From positions 184,053 to 248,052 of the forward strand of contig CAYOVH010000002.1 of assembly GCA_964407405.1 (NCBI GenBank): a DNA stretch of 64,000 nucleotides, given 5' to 3'. The position numbers and the translations under genes were made by a program. Below the pieces are notes generated by a model that saw nothing but the letters and a program-made list of their open reading frames with translations, was not told where the DNA came from and did not search any database. Origin of the DNA: an uncultured Candidatus Saccharibacteria bacterium. GTDB taxonomy: Bacteria > Patescibacteriota > Saccharimonadia > Saccharimonadales > Saccharimonadaceae. This document shows positions 9,954 through 19,930 of the stretch, piece by piece (position 1 is the stretch's first letter; each line of letters opens with the position of its first letter).

Positions 9954-10564
9954 AGCTTTCTTCTGCCTTCTAGCGCATGACCGAGAGTGATCTGGTCGGC
10001 ATATTCTAGATCAACACCAACCGGGATACCGCGAGCAAGCCGCGAGATATCGACACTGACGTCTGACTCCTCAATGTGCTTTTGCAAAAAAAGTGCCGTG
10101 GATTCGCCTTCGACAGAAGCATTGGTGGCAATGATAGCTTCTTTTACGTTATCTTCTTTGATACGATTAATAAATTCAGGAATATGGAGTTGCTCTGGGC
10201 CGATGCCATCAATCGGCGAGATGGCGCCGCCAAGTACGTGGTAGGTTCCTTTGTATTGACCTGTGCGCTCAATAGCGACAATATCAAGCGGTTCTTCAAC
10301 AACGGCAACAAGCGTCTTGTCTCGACTTGGGTCTGTATAAAGTGGAGAGATATCTTCATCAGCGCTGATGAGCGCGTAAGTGATGGGACAATACTTCACG
10401 CCACTATGCAGCGATTCGATCGCTTTGGCCAGCTCGTGCGACTTTCGATCATTTTGACGCAATAAATAATAGGCGTAACGCTCGGCTGTCCGAGCGCCGA
10501 CACCCGGTAGATTGCCAAGGGCGTCGATGAGATCAGTCAGTGCTTTTGGTAGAATGTTGGTCAT
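9950..10564 (-). CDS. recR: recombination protein RecR (zinc-finger region degenerate)
   Basis: HhH LPGVGARTAERYAYYLL and Toprim VAVVEEPLDIVAIERTGQYKGTYHVLGG. Only one Cys lies between HhH and Toprim. Confidence 0.9.
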   Translation of the reverse strand: MTNILPKALTDLIDALGNLPGVGARTAERYAYYLLRQNDRKSHELAKAIESLHSGVKYCPITYALISADEDISPLYTDPSRDKTLVAVVEEPLDIVAIERTGQYKGTYHVLGGAISPIDGIGPEQLHIPEFINRIKEDNVKEAIIATNASVEGESTALFLQKHIEESDVSVDISRLARGIPVGVDLEYADQITLGHALEGRRKL

Positions 10565-10594
10565 ATTGACACAGATATAGTGACAGCAGCCAGG

Positions 10595-10897
10595 CTACAT
10601 ACCCGGAATGTTGAGTCCACCCATGAGAGGCTTCATTTTTTCGGCGGCAATCTCTTGAGCTTTCGCCATGCCATCACGAATCGCTGATTCGATCCAGCCC
10701 TCGAGTTCTTCGATATCTTCAAGGTCGACGTACTCAGGGTCGATTTTGACGTTCTCGACTTTGAGCTCGCCATTGATAGTAATTTCCACTGCTGGACTAT
10801 CATCATCCCCGCCGGCAGCGACGATAACCTTTTGCTTCTTTAAATCTTTTTGCGCCTTACGAAGGTCGTTTAGCATCTTCATTTGGTCAAATGCCAT
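10595..10897 (-). CDS. YbaB/EbfC family nucleoid-associated protein
   Basis: 100 aa, in the conserved dnaX-ybaB-recR neighbourhood. C-terminal MKPLMGGLNIPGM. Confidence 0.9.
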   Translation of the reverse strand: MAFDQMKMLNDLRKAQKDLKKQKVIVAAGGDDDSPAVEITINGELKVENVKIDPEYVDLEDIEELEGWIESAIRDGMAKAQEIAAEKMKPLMGGLNIPGM

Positions 10898-10936
10898 AGT
10901 AAAAAATCCTCTCCTTAATACTCTCTCCAGTATACG

Positions 10937-12397
10937 CTAGTTAACGCCGTTTTTGTAGAGATAGAAACGAGCTGCATTATTTGCCGTGTTTGTTGTTATG
11001 ATCTGATCTGGTATCTTTTTTATAGGAGCGTCTGTGGTGATTGTCGTTCCAGTTGATTTTTGGCTCGGGCCGATTATCATTAATTTGTGAGTGCCACGGT
11101 AGTATTTGTTGAATGCTTGATAAAACTTGAGGTTATCTTGCGAAACAATCAAAGTGACTTTTTCTTGATCAACTCCATTGAGAGTCATGTTTAGCAAACG
11201 CACATCTTTTGTAAAGGTAGATGCCGCAGATGGACTGTAGTGATATCCATAGAAAAAGTGCTCAATGTTTGAGAGTGTAAGACCGACGATAAGTACACCA
11301 AGCGGCAAGAGTCCGGCGACGCGAGCGTAGGGGTTGCGTGGAAATAGCCCATACCAGCTTCGGATCAGATAGTCGATAGCGAACGCAATGAGCAGCACGA
11401 GGGGTACGAGAGCAAATGCCACGGTAGATTCATGGAAGATGATCAAGGGAATGAGGGTAACTATCCAAATAGTGAGAATGTAGCTCTTTGCTGTGTATCG
11501 AGCGCTAAACAGCCGGTAGAGGCCAAGTAGTGCAAGTAACATAGTGGTAATTCCATACGCTGGACGGAGTATTTCGCTATTTGCTGGTGTATCGAAGCCT
11601 ACATATTGGCCGAGTGTATCTTTTATATGGGGCCACGAAATAGAGCTAAGCTCAGCATCAAAACCGGAGAGTACTATGAGGAGTGATGGATTGGCAGCAA
11701 TCGCGATAAGGAGAGGGGCGGCAAGTATAACAAATAAAACCAGGCTCGTGATCTGGGCCCACAACGGCTGCTTGAGTATGAGAAAACGTGCGTGCGGATG
11801 GACCATGCAGGTGATGGCGAGGGCTAGTATGACATATATTCCGAGTGGCGAATAAAGACACAATGCTCCGACGGCAGACGCCGTGATGAGCCAAAACGGC
11901 GCAAAGCGATTGGTGCGTGCTATCATGGATGCTGAAAAAAGTAGTGCGGTACTCAGGAAAAGATAGCTGATTAGTGGTGTTCCAAGCTGGCTCATGAGTA
12001 AAAACTGTCCGGTTGCTACGATAATGAGACAAGTAATGACAGCGACATTGCGCCTGAACCAGAGTCTCAGTAGGCCGTAGAGCAAAGCAACACTGGCAAA
12101 TGATAAGATGAGCGACGGTAGTTTAATCGATAGTTCGCTAACACCAAGCGTCTTGACACTTAGATGTTGCAGGGCATGGTATGGCAAATGTTCAATGCGC
12201 GAAGTGTCCTTGCCTAGCAGATTATCAGATGATGTACTGGTACTGACAACGACGGATTGCATCTCAGATTTTGACACCCCTCCTGGTACGTGTAAGGTCG
12301 CCAACAAGAGACCGATGAGGCCTCCAACGATAACCACAAAGCCGATGATATAACGCCATCGGTAGATGTAGAAGTCGGTTACTTTGGTGCGGCTCAT
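10937..12397 (-). CDS. polytopic membrane protein (possibly a GT-C/ArnT-like glycosyltransferase)
   Basis: 486 aa with about 10 or more TM helices plus a C-terminal soluble domain. The family assignment is a guess from topology only. Confidence 0.55.
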   Translation of the reverse strand: MSRTKVTDFYIYRWRYIIGFVVIVGGLIGLLLATLHVPGGVSKSEMQSVVVSTSTSSDNLLGKDTSRIEHLPYHALQHLSVKTLGVSELSIKLPSLILSFASVALLYGLLRLWFRRNVAVITCLIIVATGQFLLMSQLGTPLISYLFLSTALLFSASMIARTNRFAPFWLITASAVGALCLYSPLGIYVILALAITCMVHPHARFLILKQPLWAQITSLVLFVILAAPLLIAIAANPSLLIVLSGFDAELSSISWPHIKDTLGQYVGFDTPANSEILRPAYGITTMLLALLGLYRLFSARYTAKSYILTIWIVTLIPLIIFHESTVAFALVPLVLLIAFAIDYLIRSWYGLFPRNPYARVAGLLPLGVLIVGLTLSNIEHFFYGYHYSPSAASTFTKDVRLLNMTLNGVDQEKVTLIVSQDNLKFYQAFNKYYRGTHKLMIIGPSQKSTGTTITTDAPIKKIPDQIITTNTANNAARFYLYKNGVN

Positions 12398-12445
12398 TTC
12401 TAATGTATTAGTATAGCATAGGTTAACGCGCGAAGCGCAGCTCTA

Positions 12446-13813
12446 TCACCCATCGTGCCGTTTGTCGAGCGACATAAATCGCAGTCGTTCCGGATGGAAG
12501 TATAGCTGCACTTTACCAGTCGGACCATTACGATGCTTGGCAATGATGAGATCAGTGATATTTTCTACTTCCGGATTATCTGGTTCGTAGTAGCCGGGGC
12601 GGTAGATAAAGGTGACAATATCAGCATCCTGCTCGATACTTCCTGACTCGCGGAGGTCGGAGAGCTGTGGAATTTGCGGACTGCGGCTCTCGACGGTACG
12701 GGATAGCTGGGAAAGTGCGATGAGTGGCACGTCTAGCTCGCGGGCAATCAGCTTGAGGCCTCGTGATATCTCTGAAACTTCTTGCACACGATTGCCATCG
12801 CTGCGACCACTGGACTGCATAAGCTGCAAGTAGTCGACAATAATGAGTCCGAGCGGATGTTCGTGTGCGATTCGCCTAGCTTTGGTGCGCATTTCGAGGA
12901 CGGTAAGTCCTGGCGTATCATCAATATAGATCGGTGCCTCAGCCATTTCCCCCATTGCTTCAGATAGTTTCGAGAAGTCTTCGTCAGAGAGATTTCCAGT
13001 GCGGATATTCCAGCTATCAACGCCTGATGCATCGGCCAGCATGCGGTCGACCAGCTGTTCCTTGCTCATCTCAAGACTAAAGAACAGTACTGGTTCTTTG
13101 GCGATAGTGGCGACATTGTACGCTAGATTGGTGACAAATGTCGTCTTTCCCATGGCGGGACGAGCGGCCAATATGAATAGGTCGCTGCGCTGCAACCCAG
13201 CAGTCATATTATCGAGATCACGGTAGCCTGTGCGAATACCGCGTAGCTTGCCTTTATTTTTGTGTAGCTCCTCCAGTCGGTCAAAGCTTTCGGTTAGGAT
13301 ACTTTCAAGCGATGTGACATCCTGTTTGAGCGATTGGTCTGACACACTAAAAAGCTCTGCTTCAGCTTTTTCGAGTAATTCTTGGGTTGTCGTGTCTTCG
13401 TCAAAACCTAGCTCAGAAATATCGCCTGATGCCTTGATAAGGCGGCGTCGGACGGCCTTTTGGGCCACAATTTCTGCATAACTCTCAGCGTGTGCCGCCG
13501 TTGGTACATAAGTCGTCAACTCGGTGAGATAGGCAGAGCCGCCGATCGTTTCGAGCTCTTTTTTGCGTTTTAGTTCGTCAGTTAGTGTCAGTAGGTCGAC
13601 CGGCTTATGCTTTTCGTAAAGTCTCAGCATTGCGCCGTAGACGATGCCGTGGCGCTTGTCATAAAAATCTTTTTCAGTAACATGCTCAGTAATATCTGCT
13701 AGGACTTCATCGTCAATCAGGACTGCGCCGAGTAGACTTTTCTCGGCATCAATACTCTGTGGTGGTATTTTTCCTGCGGCAATATTCTTCTCGGCCATTA
13801 CATCACTCCTCAA
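12446..13813 (-). CDS. dnaB: replicative DNA helicase DnaB
   Basis: N-terminal PPQSIDAEKSLLGAVL, Walker A ARPAMGKTTF, RecA-like C-terminal domain. An alternative start at 13798 (MAEKN) would remove the overlap with dnaX. Confidence 0.95.
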   Translation of the reverse strand: MRSDVMAEKNIAAGKIPPQSIDAEKSLLGAVLIDDEVLADITEHVTEKDFYDKRHGIVYGAMLRLYEKHKPVDLLTLTDELKRKKELETIGGSAYLTELTTYVPTAAHAESYAEIVAQKAVRRRLIKASGDISELGFDEDTTTQELLEKAEAELFSVSDQSLKQDVTSLESILTESFDRLEELHKNKGKLRGIRTGYRDLDNMTAGLQRSDLFILAARPAMGKTTFVTNLAYNVATIAKEPVLFFSLEMSKEQLVDRMLADASGVDSWNIRTGNLSDEDFSKLSEAMGEMAEAPIYIDDTPGLTVLEMRTKARRIAHEHPLGLIIVDYLQLMQSSGRSDGNRVQEVSEISRGLKLIARELDVPLIALSQLSRTVESRSPQIPQLSDLRESGSIEQDADIVTFIYRPGYYEPDNPEVENITDLIIAKHRNGPTGKVQLYFHPERLRFMSLDKRHDG

Positions 13814-15209
13814 GACTCACTTCTTCTCCACCTCCCATCATAGCAGCTATTGCGGCCGCGCGACTATCCGAAGGTGGTTTTGCACCAGGTATGAGCGCAA
13901 TCTCCCATTCGCTCTCGGTTATTTCTTGCAGCGCTTTTTGGAGTTGCTGTTGATAGCGAGTGTTGGATAGCTTTTTTTTGTAGAACTCGTTTTTGGTGTA
14001 GAGTGTCAGAGTATTTTCCTCGATAGCAAATGCACATTTGATAAGGACGCTATGGAGGGCGATTGATTCAGCTTTTACTTGGTCGAGAAGCGCTTGCCAG
14101 TCAAGATTCAAAGAAGCTGTCGTTTTTTTGGCCACTTTCTTGATAGGATTGGGCTGCTGGTTTTGTTTTGGCACGAGATCTTTTGGATGCTCTTCCTCTG
14201 CAAGTTTGGCAAGCTCTGGAATCGGCGGCGCACTGACCGCTGCAGCAACTGTTTTTGTAGGTTTTGAGGGCAAGTCGCAGTAGACTCCCAGATGCGCGAT
14301 GAGCGATGCGTATGGCATCGGCGAGTTTGTGACTTTGATGAGTCCATCGACCAGCTCCAGTAGCTCTGGATGTATCTTTTGGATATCACGGATCATTTGT
14401 CGTGCCACGACACTCGCTTGGACACCATTTGTCTCAAGCTGTTTGATCTCTTTGAGGGTCGGATCGAGCGATTTAGCACTTAAATGTCTTAGCAACGATG
14501 CGATTGTTTCGGTCGGTGCCAATCCTAGGCTGGTTTCAATCAGCTTTGCGGTGAGGGGCGTATCTCCATCGGAAGAATTTGCCAACTGGTCAAGTAGGCT
14601 GACGCTATCGCGGTAGCTGCCATCGGAGTGATTAGCGATAAGCTCCAGCGCAGTGTCTTCGATTTTGATCTTTTCACTTTTTACGATCCGTTTTAGATTT
14701 TTGATGATATCATCATGCGATGCCCGGCGGAACGTATGACGCTGCGTGCGGCTGATGATTGTTTCTGGCAGTTTGTCGACATCGGTTGTCGCAAGAATAA
14801 AGACAATGTGCTCCGGCGGCTCCTCAAGCGTCTTGAGTAGCGCGTTGAAAGCTGGTTTTGACAGCATGTGCACTTCGTCGATAATATATATTTTCTTTTT
14901 TGCACTGGTTGGTGCTAGATTGACCTTCTCGCGCAGGTCGCGGATATCGTCGACGCCGTTGTTACTGGCAGCATCAATCTCGATGATATCAAGATGGCTT
15001 GACTCGTCAGAATACTCCAGGCCATTGATCTCGTGCGCCAAGATACGAGCAATTGAGGTTTTGCCCGTTCCACGCGGGCCAGTAAAGAGATAGGCGTGGG
15101 CGATGCGACCAGACGTAAGAGCATTTTGAAGCAAGGTCGTGACATGCTCTTGTCCGACAATCTCAGATAACTTCCGCGAGCGATACTTGCGGTATAGCGC
15201 CTTCCCCAT
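13803..15209 (-). CDS. dnaX: DNA polymerase III subunit gamma/tau
   Basis: YRKYRSRKLSEIVGQEH, Walker A GPRGTGKTS, IIDEVHML, SRTQ sensor. Confidence 0.9.
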   Translation of the reverse strand: MGKALYRKYRSRKLSEIVGQEHVTTLLQNALTSGRIAHAYLFTGPRGTGKTSIARILAHEINGLEYSDESSHLDIIEIDAASNNGVDDIRDLREKVNLAPTSAKKKIYIIDEVHMLSKPAFNALLKTLEEPPEHIVFILATTDVDKLPETIISRTQRHTFRRASHDDIIKNLKRIVKSEKIKIEDTALELIANHSDGSYRDSVSLLDQLANSSDGDTPLTAKLIETSLGLAPTETIASLLRHLSAKSLDPTLKEIKQLETNGVQASVVARQMIRDIQKIHPELLELVDGLIKVTNSPMPYASLIAHLGVYCDLPSKPTKTVAAAVSAPPIPELAKLAEEEHPKDLVPKQNQQPNPIKKVAKKTTASLNLDWQALLDQVKAESIALHSVLIKCAFAIEENTLTLYTKNEFYKKKLSNTRYQQQLQKALQEITESEWEIALIPGAKPPSDSRAAAIAAMMGGGEEVSLEE

Positions 15210-15274
15210 TACCTACTATTGTACGCTATTTATACAAATTATCTTGTTGTAGTTCGTGCTATTATATACGAGTT

Positions 15275-15850
15275 ATGCTAACCACATCAGAGATTATCGG
15301 ATTTTTGTCGCAATTTCTCTTCATTGTTGCTTTCGTCTGGTATATTGCACGGATTGCCATGGGTAGTGTTCGGGTCAGTGTCAGTACATTCACGGTACTT
15401 GCATTAACATCTGTCTCGCAAGCCATCGCGCTGTACCTTGAACACTCATGGTACCCCGCTGCCTTTATGTCACTCACGGCAGTCGTAAATACCGTGATCG
15501 TTGTACTTGGCCTTCGCAAAAAGAACTATCAATTTAAGTCTGCCGATGCACTTGTTTTGGGTGCGGCGATCGTAGGGATAATTGTCTGGATATTTGCGCA
15601 GAATGCGGCGTGGAATGTATATATCCTTAGCGTCGCGATTTTAATTTCTTATATACCCCTCTTCGCAAAAACCTATCAATCTCCTTCGTCAGAGGCAAAG
15701 GGACCATGGATCGCGACACTGATCGCGTCTCTGGTATTTCTGCTGACTATTTCATCTGCTGATCCGATTCATTGGGTAGTGCAAGTGCGTCAGCTGATCT
15801 TTGCTGTCGGTATGGTGCTCGCTTTGACTTTGCCCAAAAGAGCTAAATAG
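15275..15850 (+). CDS. hypothetical polytopic membrane protein
   Basis: 191 aa with about 6 TM helices. No recognised family. Confidence 0.6.
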   Translation: MLTTSEIIGFLSQFLFIVAFVWYIARIAMGSVRVSVSTFTVLALTSVSQAIALYLEHSWYPAAFMSLTAVVNTVIVVLGLRKKNYQFKSADALVLGAAIVGIIVWIFAQNAAWNVYILSVAILISYIPLFAKTYQSPSSEAKGPWIATLIASLVFLLTISSADPIHWVVQVRQLIFAVGMVLALTLPKRAK

Positions 15851-16418
15851 TTCCTCCTTCACGTACATAGCACCGGCCGCAGAGTGAATTGTATTCCACG
15901 CTGTCCTCACCGTCGATAGCTACTTGGTCTCCCTCAAAGGTGTATGTGCCATTGATTTTGCGGGTATTGAATTCGGCCTGACGGCCACAAAAGCACATCG
16001 TAGGTAGTTTTTCGATGTTGTCAGCGATTTCAAAGAGACGCTTGCTTCCAGGAAACATCTGATTGCGAAAGTCTGCCCTCAGTCCGTAGCAGATAACTGA
16101 AATATCGTGTTGCTTGGCGAGCTGAAAGAGCTGGCTGATTTGCTTTTCAGTCAAGAACTGTGCTTCGTCGACCAGTATACACGCTATACCTGGTGTCTTT
16201 AAGGCTTTTGCCCCTATATCTAGTGTGCCGTCGGCTAAAATATCGACCTTTCGCGTGTGTCCACCTCGTGCAGTCACGGACGCCTCGCCCTTGGTGTCTA
16301 CCTGGGGTTTGATGACCAATACGTTGAGTCCGCGCTCCTCGTAATTGTAGGCAGTTTTGATGAGCGTGTCGCTCTTGCCACTGTTCATTGCACCGTATTT
16401 GAAGTGTAGTTTTGCCAT
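15843..16418 (-). CDS. tdk: thymidine kinase
   Basis: P-loop GAMNSGKS. Zinc-site cysteines CFCGRQAEF...LCGRCY. Confidence 0.95.
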   Translation of the reverse strand: MAKLHFKYGAMNSGKSDTLIKTAYNYEERGLNVLVIKPQVDTKGEASVTARGGHTRKVDILADGTLDIGAKALKTPGIACILVDEAQFLTEKQISQLFQLAKQHDISVICYGLRADFRNQMFPGSKRLFEIADNIEKLPTMCFCGRQAEFNTRKINGTYTFEGDQVAIDGEDSVEYNSLCGRCYVREGGTI

Positions 16419-16834
16419 TAGTCGATGAGTCCTTTCTTGACGAGTAGCGGCACAATCTCATGTTTAAATATGTGCGCTAGGTCCATTGCTGCTGCTTCGG
16501 TGCTAGTGATCCAGCGGATTTCTTCTATCTCTTGTGAGGCAGAAGGTTCAGGTGAGAAGCTTCGAATCAGGAATGCGTCGATCTGAACAATCTTGCCGGG
16601 TTTATTGAAGGCTTCTTGCTGGAAGGTACCTAATAGCCCTGGCTGGCTGTCGATATGCGTGATGCCAAGCTCCTCTTTGAGCTCGCGCTGTAATGTCTGC
16701 AGCCATGCCTCCCCTTCTTCTGGCTTACCACCAGGGGTCATGAATGTCGTCGGGTCTTTATGTGCACGCACGACCAGAGTCTTGCGATTTCGCACTAAAA
16801 TGCCCGAAACCTTGTATATATCAACCTTTGCCAT
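16418..16834 (-). CDS. NUDIX hydrolase
   Basis: Nudix box GGKPEEGEAWLQTLQRELKEELGI. AAGGAG Shine-Dalgarno (SD) sequence upstream. Confidence 0.85.
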   Translation of the reverse strand: MAKVDIYKVSGILVRNRKTLVVRAHKDPTTFMTPGGKPEEGEAWLQTLQRELKEELGITHIDSQPGLLGTFQQEAFNKPGKIVQIDAFLIRSFSPEPSASQEIEEIRWITSTEAAAMDLAHIFKHEIVPLLVKKGLID

Positions 16835-16850
16835 CGCTCCTTAGTATAGC

Positions 16851-16912
16851 AAAAGAAAAGAGCCACCGCGTGGCTCCGGCCGTGCCGGATCGTCGATGAT
16901 CCGGCACGGCGG
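16851..16912 (-). terminator. Double-hairpin intrinsic terminator
   Basis: Minus sense has GCCGTGCCGGATC-ATCGAC-GATCCGGCACGGC, then GAGCCAC-GCG-GTGGCTC, followed by TTTTCTTTT. Confidence 0.65.
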
Positions 16913-16932
16913 GCGCGGTGGTGTCGGTGCAA

Positions 16933-17064
16933 TCAACCCAGTAGCCGGTTCACGAGGTAGGCCGCGATTGCCATCACGGGTACTGCCAGAATGAGTGCGC
17001 CACCGAACCCCTTGAGACCTCCCTTAATTATGGATAGGGTATCATTAACATCGTCTCTCAACAT
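16933..17064 (-). CDS. candidate 43-aa small membrane protein
   Basis: Below the ORF-track size cut-off. My translation is MLRDDVNDTLSIIKGGLKGFGGALILAVPVMAIAAYLVNRLLG (one TM). AGAAGGGA lies about 6 nt upstream of the ATG and the terminator follows. Confidence 0.4.
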   Translation of the reverse strand: MLRDDVNDTLSIIKGGLKGFGGALILAVPVMAIAAYLVNRLLG

Positions 17065-17218
17065 GTTTCGTCCCTTCTGAGGTATATCGAGATAATCGGC
17101 CTAATCCAAAATCCGTAAAGCCGAACCAAGCACGAGGGGCAAACCGAGCTTTAGGGGGAGGAGCGCAGTTTTGGAATTTATTTCCAAAACAAGTGGAGGG
17201 GGCTTAGCCCCTCCTAGA

Positions 17219-17842
17219 TCATAGCGCTGCTTCGACTGCAGCCCAGGTAGCATCCTGGTTGTCAGTCGGGACAATGATGGTCACCTGATCACCGACATTG
17301 ATGCGGAAATAAGTAACGCTGGCCAGCAAGATACGGTACTCGCGGCCATTGGCTTCTACATAGTAAGCACCGTCGTGCTGGACAAGTGTGCCAATGACCT
17401 GCGTGCGGTCAACCGGGCCGATTTGCTTGTAGATAAAGCTACCGTCATCGGCGATGGTGAGCTTCAAGATATCTCCTTCGACGAGCTTTGACTTGCTGGC
17501 GTAATTTGCCGGTACAGGATATTCCTTGCCATCGGGCCCGGCCATTTTTTGACCGTCAAAGACGCCTTCGACGACTTTGCCGCTGACTTCTTCTCTGCTG
17601 CTGGTCGGCGTGACAACTTGTCCGTCGTCTCCGAGGATGCTCATTAGTAGTTCTTTGGCTGCTGCCAAATTCGTCTCAGCGTCTTGGATCAATGATTTCA
17701 AGCGCTTGACTTGCTTCTCTGGTAATTCAGACATAATTTCTCGCAGTTCCTTGTCTGTTTTTGCTAGTACTACTCCCAGTATATACCAATTTGAGGGTGG
17801 CTCGTCAAGTCTAATTTTTTCCACAAATGTTTCAGAGGCCAT
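17219..17842 (-). CDS. hypothetical protein (207 aa) downstream of rplL
   Basis: The track ORF (to 18154) overlaps rplL, so I trimmed it to ATG 17842 (MASETFVEKIRLDE...). No recognised domain. Confidence 0.6.
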   Translation of the reverse strand: MASETFVEKIRLDEPPSNWYILGVVLAKTDKELREIMSELPEKQVKRLKSLIQDAETNLAAAKELLMSILGDDGQVVTPTSSREEVSGKVVEGVFDGQKMAGPDGKEYPVPANYASKSKLVEGDILKLTIADDGSFIYKQIGPVDRTQVIGTLVQHDGAYYVEANGREYRILLASVTYFRINVGDQVTIIVPTDNQDATWAAVEAAL

Positions 17843-17969
17843 CAAAATATCGTTGTAAAATAAAACACCACCCAGGACTTGGGAGGTGTTTTGATAAAAC
17901 AATGTGGTCGCAGAAAGGCCGGCGGAACTTCTGATGGTGCTAGAAGATAGGCCGACCGGTGCGGGAAAG

Positions 17970-18353
17970 CTACGCGAGTTCAACAGTAGCGCCAGCTTCT
18001 TCAAGCGCTTTCTTTGCTGCTTCAGCTTCGTCTTTTGATACCTTTTCTTTGACGTTTGCTGGAGCGCCGTCAACGATAGCTTTTGCTTCACCGAGACCGA
18101 GACCAGTGATCTCTTTGACGGCCTTGATGACGGCGACTTTCTGTGCGCCTGCATCGGTCAGTTTGATGTCAAACTCAGACTTTTCATCTGCAGCTGCGCC
18201 AGCGTCGACGCCACCGGCAGCCGGGCCAGCAACTGCAACAGCAGCGGCAGCTGGTTCGATGCCGTATTCATCTTTTAGTACGTTTTTTAGCTCGTTTACT
18301 TCGAGAACTGTGAGCTTTGTCAGCTCTTCAGCTAGTTTCTTTACATCAGCCAT
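17970..18353 (-). CDS. rplL: 50S ribosomal protein L7/L12
   Basis: Ala-rich hinge plus C-terminal domain [27 protein letters not shown]. Confidence 0.97.
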   Translation of the reverse strand: MADVKKLAEELTKLTVLEVNELKNVLKDEYGIEPAAAAVAVAGPAAGGVDAGAAADEKSEFDIKLTDAGAQKVAVIKAVKEITGLGLGEAKAIVDGAPANVKEKVSKDEAEAAKKALEEAGATVELA

Positions 18354-18398
18354 AGGGTGACTCCTTGTCTTAGGTTACAATTTAAAAACTTGGTTGCT

Positions 18399-18920
18399 TT
18401 ACGCGGCTTGCGCTTCGACGCCGTCAAGCAGCACGTGAAGATTGCCAGAAAGCGCGTTTGTTGTGTCGTGAACTGGTGATAGCAGTTGAGCGACGACTTC
18501 GGCGACAAGCTGGGTCTTCGATGGAAGGCCGGCCAGTGCAGTGACGTCAGCACTTGATTGTGCTTCACCTAGGTCAGAGAAACCACCGGCAAGCTCAAGG
18601 TTCGGATGAGTCTTGGCAAACTCGTGAAGGACTTTGCTTGGAGCAACTTCATCTTCTGACGAAAATGCGTAGAGCAATTGACCTTCGAGCGCAGATGTAT
18701 CGGTGTCTTTAAACGTTTTGTTTTCAGACATCGAGACGCGCACGAGGCGGTTTTTGACGACGCGGATTGAAACACCGTTTTCACGGGCTTCCCGGCGCAG
18801 GTCTTGCATATCTGCAACACTCAGGCCAGCATAGCGGGCAAATGCCACTGCTTTTGCATCACCGAGCGCAGTAGAAATTTCAGCAACCAAAGCTTGTTTT
18901 TTATCACGGGTAATTGCCAT
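18399..18920 (-). CDS. rplJ: 50S ribosomal protein L10
   Basis: MAITRDKKQALVAEIS..., immediately upstream of rplL. Confidence 0.95.
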   Translation of the reverse strand: MAITRDKKQALVAEISTALGDAKAVAFARYAGLSVADMQDLRREARENGVSIRVVKNRLVRVSMSENKTFKDTDTSALEGQLLYAFSSEDEVAPSKVLHEFAKTHPNLELAGGFSDLGEAQSSADVTALAGLPSKTQLVAEVVAQLLSPVHDTTNALSGNLHVLLDGVEAQAA

Positions 18921-19104
18921 GATAACTCCTTTGCTTTGAGGTTAGTTGATACTCGTATATATTATGACCACATTGTTAAGGTAAACATCAACCAATATGG
19001 AAACAAGAATATTGCCTCGGTCGTATGATTAAGCCAGTTTTATGGCCGCGACTGTCTTTGGTAATGTCTGGGGCGAGTATAGCAGATTGATCGTATCTAT
19101 GCAA
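18921..19104 (-). promoter_or_regulatory. rplJ promoter and about 150-nt leader (possible L10 leader)
   Basis: Minus strand reads TTGCAT (19099-19104), 17 nt, TATACT (19076-19081). A long untranslated leader precedes AAAGGAG-ATG. Identity as an L10 autoregulatory leader is untested. Confidence 0.4.
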
Positions 19105-19150
19105 CTCCTAAGATTGCGAATTAGGTCTTTTTGTGCTATAATGTCTATTT

Positions 19151-19930
19151 GTGAGTTTTGATATATCGAGGCAATTGCCTACTTTTCGGTTTGATGAAAC
19201 TGATATGCAGCACGTCGCGCACTTGCGGGAGGTTACTTATCAGCGTTACGAAGATTTTTTAGATGGTATTGATGAAGATACAGCTATGCATATGTGGCTT
19301 CCTCCGTATGATGTCATATCATCGATAGTACGTGTCAATAGTCAAAAGCGTCAAAAGGCATTTCGGCGTACTGTAGAAGCTGCCCAAGGTAATCTTCCTC
19401 CCGAGACGATAATAAGTTCGATCATGAATTATGGTGCACCGATTCCTGGTGTGGCAGATTACTATCTCGATGCTGATTATCCTAGCCATGAAGTGTTTGC
19501 CTACAATCGGCTGGGCAAACTATCTATGCTAAATCGAAGGTTTGGCAAAAGGTGCATCGAGGCTATGCAACACGCCTATCCCGAATCAGTCCAAGTAGGC
19601 GCATTTGAAAACTTACGCGCCCGAGTTCACCGCATCCTCGATACATCGGGTGAAAAGCTGGCCGTTATTTCGACAAAAGAGGCTGTTGATCGTCGTACAC
19701 ACAATGATCGTACCAGCTTGCTAGTATCACGAGTAACCGGGGTTGCTAGACTTGATCACGCGGTGATGGATAGTGGAGTCAAGCGAGCGATTGAGACACT
19801 GGCGGAGCATGCATGCAGTACTGATCGTCTAATTGGCGCCAAAGCATTGCTAACGGATTTTGTGCGAGAGTATGATGACAGCGAGGCGGTCCTGCCCGTC
19901 ATTCAGACAATGTATCAGACGCAACGCTGA
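19151..19930 (+). CDS. hypothetical protein
   Basis: 259-aa ORF with a GTG start 4-5 nt after the expected transcription start site (TSS) of an extended -10 (TGCTATAAT, 19133-19141). The start is uncertain. The 3' end overlaps convergent tmk by 32 nt. Confidence 0.5.
   Translation: MSFDISRQLPTFRFDETDMQHVAHLREVTYQRYEDFLDGIDEDTAMHMWLPPYDVISSIVRVNSQKRQKAFRRTVEAAQGNLPPETIISSIMNYGAPIPGVADYYLDADYPSHEVFAYNRLGKLSMLNRRFGKRCIEAMQHAYPESVQVGAFENLRARVHRILDTSGEKLAVISTKEAVDRRTHNDRTSLLVSRVTGVARLDHAVMDSGVKRAIETLAEHACSTDRLIGAKALLTDFVREYDDSEAVLPVIQTMYQTQR

Noticed and set aside
17842-18360. The N-terminal 104 aa of track ORF 17219-18154, and plus-strand ORF 17959-18360
   Set aside because: Both overlap the unambiguous rplL gene. 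The translations are Lys/Ser/Ala-rich junk. The downstream ORF was trimmed to ATG 17842.
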